From Macrostomum hystrix (taxonomy: Eukaryota > Animalia > Platyhelminthes): DNA of 64,000 bases. The DNA lies in the NCBI GenBank assembly GCA_950097015.1, contig CATNEN010000005.1, forward strand, positions 4,526,001-4,590,000, in the 5' to 3' direction. Each line of letters opens with the position of its first letter. Within the stretch, counting starts at the first letter, position 1. The position numbers and the translations under genes were made by a program. A model generated the notes under the pieces. That model did no database searches. It had not been told where the DNA came from and saw only the letters and a program-made list of their open reading frames with translations. This document shows, one piece after another, positions 53,953 through 64,000 of this stretch.

Positions 53953-55739
53953 TCGGTGTACAGAATCGATATGTTGATTGGAGTTATGGAGTTTTTTGTA
54001 CTGCGCAATCATTGACATTAAACCTGAAGATTCTTTCAGTCAATAGTTGATTTTTTGCTCCGTTATTATTGTAGATCAACTTATTTTCGTTTATTTCGTG
54101 AGGAAATAATTTTGAACTGAATTAATTAGTGTTACGTCATACTTCCGTTATTTTTATCGTTTTTAACAAGATTTAGTTTGCCAGTTTGTTAGAATCTCGG
54201 CCTAATATACTTCTTTCTATTTTTTTCCCAATTATTCAGTGTACATAAGTGTTTCAGTTATTTTTTATGTCAAAGTCAAATTCGCAATCTGTTTCATTGT
54301 CGTTGAAATAAATTTGTTCACAGAAAATTTTCGATTAATATATATATAAAATAGTTGATTTTCAAATCTCATTTTCTTTGAGTAATTCATGTGACTATCA
54401 AAGAGCTAAAACTGATTTCATATCTTTATTCAATAGTTTGAGTTTGACCTCGCTTATCTTTTTCAAAGATACGATGAGAAAGTTCAGAAATTAGCAGTCA
54501 ATTCTCAGTTCAATGTTCGCGCTGCGATAAGAAACGCCATGTTTAAAGACTAAAAACGTTCTTAGGTTTGTTTTTGTAATCTAATTTTAATTTAATAATT
54601 TATTTAATTTCGCATTCTAGACAAGTCTGCGTTTTTCTTCTATTTTCAGTTGAATTTCTCGGCTAAAGCGAACTCATAGCTAGCTATAGGTAGTTTGAGT
54701 ATAACATATATGAAATACTGGTACTCTATGCACTTGAATCGCCTACTCTGTCTCTGAAACACTCGGCGCTGGTTCTATCTGTGCGCATTGTATACGTGTG
54801 TGTGTGTGTGTGTGCGCGCGCGTTCATTCTATTTCACTAGCTCACAATCTATTCGGTTCAATTTTATTTCTGTTGCCAGAGTAAACTTAAATTTGTCTGG
54901 GCTTTATCGTCTCTATATATCATTATTTGTTCACTGCAGCACCTTGGTTCACCTGCTCGTCTAATGCCCCTTAGCCTTCTGCCTTTGTCTAAATTTTTAA
55001 CAATCTATCTTTTAAATTAGTTCATTTCAAGGTCTTCTGTCACAGTTTAAGAAAGCGTCATTAATTGAGCAGTCGAGAAACTATCAAGTAATATTGTAGC
55101 TTAGGTAGCTTAAGTTTAACAAAAGTTGAACTTTGCACTATTTTTTCTAGTTTTCTTTTATGCCCTATTTATTTAGTCACATGTGCCAATTATGTGAAAA
55201 CGAGTTGATTGGCTGATAAATAGTCAAATGTCTGTGGCATGAGTCATTGGCAGTAGTCGGGTTTAGACTAGCAAACGCATAGCGTTGCGATTCGGTTTCG
55301 ACTGGTAGTACGTATAAAGAAAGAAATCTTTGCTTCTAGAGCGTGTTGATTTCAAGTTTAACCAATAATGTCACTTTTCGCTTGCGGTAGACCTCTGTCT
55401 CTCTTTTAAATATGGTAGTTTGCATGTTGACTTTAACTGCGTACATTTATTGCGCGCATTGATTCGCCGGTACTTCTTCAAGGTGCGCAGCTGTCTCTCT
55501 GTCTCTCTGTCTCTCCTTGTCTCAAACCCACTACTCTCCCTATTCAATAGAGAATTTAGATTTCGTCTGTCAATTCTCTGTAACCATTTATGCTTAATCA
55601 CACGTTGCGACTCGATGAGTAATCAATATAGAAACTTGTTTCAATTTCTTCAGCAAACTGACTTCGCAGATCAGATGTTACGCCAACTGTGAAGCTGCAA
55701 GACAACAATAAACAAGAGAACTAAAAACAAGCAGAATCA

Positions 55740-58700
55740 ATGGCAACTGCGTCATTTCATGCGTCCCAATTGACTGGCGGTGAGCAGCACGATCATAGCG
55801 ATCTGTTGGACAACGAAGATCTTGACTCCGATCTGTCTAGCGATGGCGAACGCTTGCCGGTAGTTCAGGGCACCCTGAGCAAATGGACTAATTACATCAC
55901 AGGCTGGCAGAGCAGATTCTTCGTGCTGAAAGACGGCACACTAAGCTATTTCAAAAGTCCAGAAGAGTCCGCATTCGGCTGTCGCGGCGCCATCTCGCTG
56001 ACTCGCGCCCTGATAACGCCGCACACCCTTGACGAGAATCGTTTCGACGTGTGCGTCGGCGAACACATCTGGTACCTGAGATGCGACAGTCGTGACTTGC
56101 GCAACACCTGGATTCGCGCTCTAGATAGTCACCGCACCTGTCAGGAGTCTGGCCTTGGATCCGAGTCTAGCCTCAAGCGACACAACAGCCTGCTGAGCTT
56201 AACATCCGGCAGTCAGAGCATCGCTAGCCAAGGCAGCTTTCGACGGGGTCACGGAGTGCGCGAGAAACTAGCAGAGATTGACACATTCAGAGAGATGCTA
56301 GTTAGACAGGTGGACACTTTGCAGGGCTACTTTGATCTGTGCGGTCAGCTGGCTGCCGCTCCGCGCCCCTCCGTTGACATCGAAGACGATGTTGTTGTTA
56401 ATGGTCGCAGTGATTTGGTTGATCACGACAGCGTCAGCAACAATGGCCACATCGAAGCGAACGGTGACGATACAGATGAAGAAGACGATCCGGCTGCGGC
56501 CACCATCACTGCGGCGACTGTCGCTGCAACTGGCGCTGCTTCGCAGTCTGCCGGTAGTAACACTGGCGGCACCTCACTTTTTTCATTCTTCAGTAGGCGG
56601 AGTGCCGCCACTTCTGCCGCCTCGCCAGTTAGAGGCGACTCGACCGCCGCAGCGTCAGCAGCCCAGAGTCAAAGCAAATCGCCAGTTGATTACGATAGCT
56701 ATGTTCGGCTGCTGAGACAGCACGGTGGACACGCTGTGGACTTCAAAGGCGAAGCTAATACCTTTCGGGTTAGTTCATTAAATAACTGCCATTCTTGCCA
56801 AATGAGCAGCCGACAGCAGTCGCAGCTATTGCGCGGCGTATCTGAAGGCTGCGTAAAATAATAATAATTAAAATAATTGCACGAGGGCTGCGGGCAATGG
56901 CACACCATTTGGTGACACTAGACCCGCAGCCAGCCAGGAGGCAATTCTGCCCATTTCGCTGACTCCTGAGCACACACGCACACAGATACTGTACGCAGGC
57001 ACACGCTCACACAGGTGTGTACATCTGCCCTGACTTTCTCATCTTCAGGCAGTGTACCCTAGCATTGTGCCTTAGAGGTTAGTCCTCAAGGGCGTAAATT
57101 GTAAATTGCACGACAATGGATGTTGGTGCTTCCATCACATCTTAGGCTGCGTACAGCTAGCTGTTCAGTCCATGGACTGGGGGACTCTGCCCCAATCGTC
57201 AATTATCTACAACTGAGGGGTCGGTGGCAGAGCGGTTAACGCGTTTGCCTCTCGCACCAAGGTCCATGAGCTCGATTCCACGGCGAGGCCACATTTATTT
57301 GGGGCGCAGCCGCAGAGAGAAGGCTTGGGGGCTTGTCGTGCAATTTACGACCTTGAGGGCCAACCTCCAAGGCACAGTGAGAGTGTACACTGCCTGACGA
57401 TGAGAAAGTCAGGGCAGATGTACACACCTGTGTGAGCGTGTGCCTACGTACAGTATCTGTGTGCGTGTGTGCTCAGGAGTCAGCGAAATGGGCAGAATTG
57501 CCTCCTTGCTGGCTGCGGGTCTAGTGTCACAAAATGATGTGCCATTGCCCACAGCCCCCCTCAATTATTATTATTATTATTATCTACAACTGATGCTGGC
57601 AACCGTTTAACAGTTGGTCGGAAGCAGTGCAGATTTATGCCTGTTGCTTAAGTATAGACAAGATGTATGGAAATTATAACTATAGATTCAAAGGCTGCGT
57701 ATTGCAGTTCAGTCCGTGGACTGGACTACGCTTAAGGAATAAAGTGTCTCCTGCGGATTAATATTTGAACTCCTTAAACTCTTTAAAAACATCACCTAAA
57801 TTTTGGCTGCATTATCTAGGCCACCACAGCGGGCATTATTCATCAAATGTCCAGCTGCCTAGAGCTAATGACGCAACGCGAGGAACAATGGAAGAAGCGC
57901 CTAGACAGAGAGATGGAACGCAGGCGCAAACTCGAAGATCTGGTGCGTCAGCTGAGACACAAACTGGAATTAGCCGAGAAGCGAGCCGGCGATCCCATGG
58001 GGCCAGACTTCGAGGAGGGACCGTGCTGTCAGCTGGACGAAGAGGAATTCTTCGACGCTATCGACGCCCAGTTAGACAAGATGGACATCGACGCCAGCAA
58101 TATGAGCCGGTTGAGACAGGCCCGACTGCCCAATCACAGCTTGGACCCGGCGCATCCTCTAACCGAGGAGATTATGCGAGTGTGCCAATCGCATTGGGAT
58201 AATTGGGGCGCCTCGTGCGCCGGTATGGAACTGCTGGAGAAGGACGGCGAGTTGGCTGTTTATAGGAAACAGCTGGAGGAAGAGGGTGAGTTGCCTCCCT
58301 GCTCACCATTGTGCTCATAGCTTTAACAGTGGAAAGACTGTTTCAAATAACCACATCATTTTTTTCTGTATCTCCCAAAATATTTAACCAATCGGCATAA
58401 AAATCCAGAACACGGGCAAACATTTCAAAATCACTAATCGCAATTGTCGAGATTCGCGGCATAATATTTCTGCTCACAAAATTTCATCATGTAACCGTGT
58501 GTCGTCAATTATTGTTAAATATCTTAGATTGTTGAAATTGTTCAGAGCAATGTTGTTCTTGTCATCAGGGTCTTCGACAAGGGTGGGGATTTTTTTATTC
58601 AACGTGGTGGACATTGACGAAAATCATTCATTCGATTTTGGAGCTATAGTGAACTAGGCAGTTAATATTTGAAATACAACCTCTGTCTTTCTACTGTTAA

Positions 58701-61700
58701 TCAAATGTGTTTGTGTTGTGCCCTGATTAATTGAATCTATTTAACATAGTTACTTTCGTTAACGATTCGAGTTTCTCGCTAACTATAGAGCACATAAATA
58801 ATCAATATTCATGCGATTGCTGTTTCTGAGCCCCCTCGTACTGGCGCCTCCCTAGTAGTGGTGCCCCTTTGTTGTGGTGCCCCTCGTAGTGGCGCCCCTT
58901 TGTTGTGGTGCCCCTCGTAGTGGCGCCCCTTTGTAGTGATGCCCCTAGTAATGGTGCCCCTTTGTTGTGGTGCCCCCTAGTAGTGGCGCCCCCTAGTAGT
59001 GGAGCCCCTTCGTTGTTGTGCCCCCTAGTAGTGGAGCCCCTAGTAGTGGCGCCCCCTAGTAGTGGTGCCCCTTTGTAGTGGTGCCCCCTAGTAGTGGAGC
59101 CCCTTTGTTGTTGTGCCCCCTAGTAGTGGAGCCCCTTTGTTGTTGTGCCCCCTAGTAGTGGAGCCCCTAGTAGTGGCGCCCCCTAGTAGTGGTGCCCCTT
59201 TGTAGTGGTGCCCCCTAGTAGTGGAGCCCCTTTGTTGTTGTGCCCCCTAGTAGTGGAGCCCCTTTGTTGTTGTGCCCCCTAGTAGTGGAGCCCCTTAGTA
59301 GTGGCGCCCCCTAATAGTGCAGCCCCTTTGTTGTTGTGCCCCCTAGTAGTGGGGCCCCTAGTAGTGGAGCCCCTTAGTAGTGGTGCCCCCTAGTAGTGGA
59401 GCCCCTTTGTTGTTGTGCCCCCTAGTAGTGGAGCCCCTTTGTTGTGGTGCCCCTCGTAGTGGCGCCCCTTTGTTGTGGTGCCCCTCGTAGTGGCGCCCCT
59501 TTGTAGTGATGCCCCTAGTAATGGTGCCCCTTTGTTGTGGTGCCCCCTAGTAGTGGCGCCCCCTAGTAGTGGAGCCCCTTCGTTGTTGTGCCCCCTAGTA
59601 GTGGAGCCCCTAGTAGTGGCGCCCCCTAGTAGTGGTGCCCCTTTGTAGTGGTGCCCCCTAGTAGTGGAGCCCCTTTGTTGTTGTGCCCCCTAGTAGTGGA
59701 GCCCCTTTGTTGTTGTGCCCCCTAGTAGTGGAGCCCCTTTGTTGTTGTGCCCCCTAGTAGTGGAGCCCCTAGTAGTGGCGCCCCCTAGTAGTGGTGCCCC
59801 TTTGTAGTGGTGCCCCCTAGTAGTGGAGCCCCTTTGTTGTTGTGCCCCCTAGTAGTGGAGCCCCTTTGTTGTTGTGCCCCCTAGTAGTGGAGCCCCTTAG
59901 TAGTGGCGCCCCCTAATAGTGCAGCCCCTTTGTTGTTGTGCCCCCTAGTAGTGGAGCCCCCTATTAGTGGGGCCCCCTAGTAGTGGTGCCCCTTTGTAGT
60001 GGGCCCCCCCCAGAGTCGCTCCCTCCTTGAAATAATCTTGGCGAAGCCATCGCTATAATGGAATCCAAACTTTATGTACTGTATGCAGATTGATCAGTGA
60101 ACAATAGGTATTTATTTCTCCAAATATGTCATACGAATCTCATTTATGTTTATTATCTCTTTCTATAGCTTAATTGTTACTTAATTTTATTTTTCCTAGA
60201 ATTTTTCTGGAAAAACATATCCTGTAACTTTGAAATCTGTTGTTCAAAATGAAGATAGAGTTAATTCTTTAGTGTTTCAGTTGATGTTGCTAGGGCTTGG
60301 GTTAAAAATTTTTGTTGTCCTGCCATCCAGTCCGTGGACTGGACGGTGGCAGTATGCAGACTTTGAAAATAGCTTCAGGTGTCTTCAGCGATCGCAGCAA
60401 CAAATCAATTTCTGAAATCATATTTCTCATTTACACCGCTATAACAAACTCCTGATTTCCAGATAGCGGTACGTCCTACCTGGTAGTTATTGACTTTCTG
60501 TTCATTATTAGTACTTTGTGTGTTTGAGTCATTTTAGTCTGTCTTTTGTTTTCTTAAGCATTATGGTTGTGAAATATGTGAACTCAGAATTGCTTCAAAT
60601 TTTCTGCTTAGATTTCATTACAACATCGCTTATATTTATCTCTTTAACAGAAGCTGTACAAGAGTATTTTGTTACGAGATTTGCGGGACAATTTTTCACA
60701 CTTTAAACAGTTGTAAAAGTCTTTTTTTCTGAATAAAATTGTCTTCAATTTAACTAGTTTTGATTTAGCATTAATCGGTTACAATAGTTATCTCAATTAA
60801 TTTTTAATAATGTAGAATTTGATGTGCAATTTTGGTAGTTATTTAAATCGCTGCCTAAACTCACTTCACTACTTTATTTCATTCGATGAAAGGTAGATAT
60901 GTGTTATATTTCTTAAATTCTGCCCGAATGAGGCAATTCTGCCCATTTCGCTGACTCCTGAGCACACACGCACACAGATACTGTACGCAGGCACACGCTC
61001 ACACAGCTGCGTACATCTGCCCTGACTTTCTCATCGTCAGGCAGTGTACACTTTCAATGAGCCTTGGAGGTTGGCCCTCAAGGGCGTAAATTGCACGACA
61101 AGCCACCAAAGCCTTCTCTCCGCGGCTGCGACCCAAAACGAATGTGGCCTCGCCGTGGAATCGAACTTAGGGACCGTGGTGCCAGAGGCAAACGCGATAA
61201 CCGCTCTGCCACCGACCCCTGTGTTTTTATATTCCTTCTTTGCTAATTCGAGAGAACATCATAAAACTCTTTTGGTAAATAAAAGTACACCAACTTCTAA
61301 AAGTGCATTTGGGCTCTTTAAAAGTATGTACTACAATAGTTCGTGCAGACTTTTTTCTAAATATGTACTCGTACGAACTTTGTTGTTAAATGTTTTTTTC
61401 ATTAAAATTTGGATTTTAGGAATCTCTATCTCTCTGCCCTCTTCTGATTGGTTCGCCAATTGGTCCACCCTCCCTTATCTAATCGCAGCCCCAACCTCCT
61501 CTATGTAGTCAATGACATTGAGCGCCTTATCTTTATTTTTTGTATTTATATACTCGTAATACTGTCTGCCGGCCAGCGTAACGGAAATTAATTAAGTAAC
61601 TATTTCGCGACATATGTCTCCTTATTTTAAAAGTACAAAAAATCGGTCATTTATTTTCAAAGCGCGCCCACCCCACCTACTGGTCGCAATGTAGGCATGA

Positions 61701-62230
61701 TTATCGATCCAATTCTGGCCACCTACACTGTATCCGGTGTGTCGGCCAGGGAAGTAGCAGAATATTTCTGGGATCTGCACTATCGCCTGGACTGGGAGCA
61801 CACTTTAGACTCGGCTCCCATTGTTGTTGACACTCTGGCCGCTGACACTGTCCTGCTGCATCAGATCTATCGTCGGGTTTGGCCCACTGCCCAACGCGAC
61901 GCCGTATTCTGGTCACACATTAGGCACGACGAGCTGCGCACGATGGTAGTGAATTATAGCACGGAATACAATGCTCCACCGCTAACAAACGGTCGTCAAC
62001 GAATGCGACTCAATGTTAGCATGATCTGCGAGACTGAGCTGCCGCCTGAGCTGCCAGCCGATCGTCGGCATATTCGCTGTCGGATTCAGTACGCGGCTAA
62101 TATTAACCCGGGCGGCTGGGCGCCGGCCACAGTGCTGCGCCAGGTAGCCAAACGGGAATATCCGAAATTTCTTCGCCGATTTACAGCCTACTGCACCGAG
62201 AAGGTGAAGAATAGGCCTGTGCAGCTGTAA
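55740..62230 (+). CDS. CERT1: Ceramide transfer protein (PH, serine-rich, coiled coil, FFAT, START). Exons 55740-56768, 57820-58285, 61695-62230
   Basis: PH GTLSKWTNYITGWQSRFFVLKDGTLSYFKS; KRHNSLLSL; REKLAEIDTFREMLVRQVDTLQGYFD; DFKGEANTFR|ATTAGII; FFAT EEEFFDA; START DPILAT..V.GV...E...YFW...W...TL...HQIYRRVWPTAQRD...NPGGWAPATVLRQVAKREYPKFLRRFT. Splice phases are consistent. Confidence 0.95.
56857..57113 (-). mobile_element. tRNA-derived SINE, copy C (5'-truncated), in CERT1 intron 1
   Basis: Reverse complement of the SINE body with an (ATT)n-like tail at 56857-56876; flanked by AGGCTGCGTA direct repeats near 56847 and 57144. Confidence 0.8.
57217..57580 (+). mobile_element. tRNA-derived SINE, copy D (full length) with a 15-bp TSD
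   Basis: A box GGTGGCAGAGCGG, B-box variant GCTCGATTCC, (ATT)n tail; TSD ATTATCTACAACTGA at 57202-57216 and 57579-57593. Confidence 0.9.
58830..60010. repeat. Compound minisatellite (GTAGTGGNGCCCC(C)T[A/TT] subunits of about 14-18 bp) with a higher-order duplication of about 570 bp, in CERT1 intron 2
   Basis: Visible array; the variant GTAGTGATGCCCCTAGTAATGG occurs at 58933 and 59503. Confidence 0.93.
60931..61220 (-). mobile_element. tRNA-derived SINE, copy E (3'-truncated), in CERT1 intron 2
   Basis: Reverse complement has AGGGGTCGGTGGCAGAGCGG, GTTCGATTCC and the shared body. Confidence 0.85.
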
Positions 62231-62551
62231 TTTCACCTACAATCTAGCTAGAACTATTCTGAACTGTTATAAAAACTCGGCCTAGTTGTCCTCGGTTGCT
62301 TTCTGATCGCTTGTTTATTTATTAGCTTTGCGGCAGACGGGAAAATACGTTTCTTAGAAAAAAATCGATTTTTGCACGTTTAAATAGTGATTCGATGTAA
62401 TTTTTAAAGAAGCATTTTCTAAGAAACTTGGTTTCCCGTCCTTGAACTCCTATTGGTCCGTGTTGTTTGTAATTTTTTAACTAGTATTTTGCTATCGCTT
62501 TGTTTAGCTTTTGTTTAATACACTGTGATCAATTAGAAATTCTACAAAGAC

Positions 62552-62695
62552 TTGCCAAGGTTGTCGTTTTCAAATTCAAATTATCAACGGCCGTTTTTAT
62601 GACTATACTTCATCAATTTAGAGAAAAAAATGGTGCCAAGCATTTTTTGTAGCATTTAAACAATTTGTATTGCTATAGAAACGACAACCTGGCAA
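62552..62695. mobile_element. Tiny MITE-like element downstream of CERT1
   Basis: TTGCCAAGGTTGTCGTTTT versus the reverse complement of GAAACGACAACCTGGCAA. Confidence 0.5.
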
Positions 62696-63284
62696 ATATT
62701 TTGACACAGATCTGTCTTTGTTTAAAGAGTTTTATAATTAAAAATGTTATCATAATATTATTTTGCCCTCATTAAACTCGTCCGACCAGTGAAAAAAACA
62801 ATACGATAATATTATTTTTTGTTTCAAAATAAATATTGCATTGTGTGCGAAATTTAATCTTCATTTAATAATGTAATATTGTGAATTGTGAGTCTTTATC
62901 GTCTGTACTGTATTTTTTCAGTCTTAAACAATAGGCATTAAATATTTAGTGATTCAAAATATTGTTCTTGTTTTCTATGGCAGCACAAATTCAAAGTGAT
63001 TTCCCCCTTGATTTAGTTTCTTTGTTTAATCATTTCGTCTCGTTTTTTAATTTAACTTAATACTGAAATTTCTAGACCTAATATTTATTTACTAACGGGT
63101 GATTTTGTTTTATTTTTCGCTTCATTTCATAAAAGCTTTCAAGTTGTTGTAAAAAGTTTTGCATAAAATCAGCACGTGTGACCATTTATTCTGCTTGCGA
63201 ATGCTGAAAATTACTAAATTTACCGCTAATTTATTGCTCGTTTATCGTTTTTAATAACTTTATCTGAATATTCCGTGTCTTGTC

Positions 63285-63310
63285 CACCTGTCTCTCTGTC
63301 TGTCTTTCTG

Positions 63311-63346
<36 letters not shown>

Positions 63347-63347
63347 C
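63285..63347. repeat. (GTCT)n microsatellite
   Basis: Directly visible. Confidence 0.9.
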
Positions 63348-64000
63348 TCTATATGTCTATACGCTATGCTCCTATCTTACCCGGCTTGTAAAATTATTCT
63401 AGTAACAATACTTAGTACCATTTCAATACGCAACCCTAAGAACATAATTCACAATTTTGTCCTGCACTTTTGTAAGTTTTGGCAATTAATCTCAAAAGAT
63501 GTTTAATTATGTTGTTGTAAAAAAACTGTTTTACAAGATACAAGCGACACTATATAGTGTGATGATTTGTATACTATACACTATGCCACATAATGAATAC
63601 GTTACGAATAATAATAATAAAATAAGTCGTTATAAGTCACTGTTCTCGATTTATAAAACAATATAAGAAAATAGAAATTGTCAAAGATGCCTTTATGACA
63701 ATAGGAATATTTGTATGAATGCTTAGGCCTAGCACTGATTGAACACAGATTGCCTTTTGTCTCAATTGATTTTCTGTGGTTCATTAATGCGTCTAGAACT
63801 CGTCACCGTTGGGTGTGGCGCCCGATGTATGCACTGAGGCAAAAGTACATTTTTCTACTCCAAGCCAGTTATTAAAATCAAAGCGTTTCAGTGAGTTAGG
63901 GCGTTGTCCGGATAGCTGATTCTCAGACTAACGGACAGTCACTTTTGTCATTCGATTTCATTGACCATATCTTAATTGTAAGCTGAACTTCAGAGAGGCA

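Noticed and set aside
57392-57412. CTGACGA...GAAA in the SINE as a hammerhead ribozyme
   Set aside because: Only 3 nt separate the two core strands, CTGAC pairs directly with GTCAG, and no compatible stem III or NUH site exists.

Overview
Eukaryotic (animal) genomic DNA with GT-AG introns, GC-rich exons and AT-rich spacers. The style (short introns, many swollen by minisatellites; splice acceptors just upstream of start codons) suggests a free-living flatworm such as Macrostomum, but that is inference. Eight host genes were reconstructed by hand with phase-consistent exons. Minus strand: gamma-syntrophin (partial), DCAF15, TTC14 with a very long RS/RD-rich tail, and PSMC3/Rpt5. Plus strand: TOM1, CFAP418/C8orf37, ATRAID and CERT1. 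The 9.3-kb third intron of DCAF15 holds a nested mobile-element cluster. It contains a Penelope-like element with an N-terminal region, an SGNH-like domain, a Cys knuckle, a GIY-YIG endonuclease and a candidate minimal hammerhead ribozyme, but no visible reverse transcriptase. A decayed piggyBac sits where the RT would be, and a second diverged endonuclease/3'-end copy lies in tandem upstream. Also present: five copies of a tRNA-derived SINE, a palindromic SINE-like foldback family marked by CAGTCCATGGACTG, several MITE-like inverted repeats, and about 15 minisatellite arrays covering roughly 18% of the window, most of them inside introns. All identifications come from reading the sequence and recalling family motifs; no searches were run.
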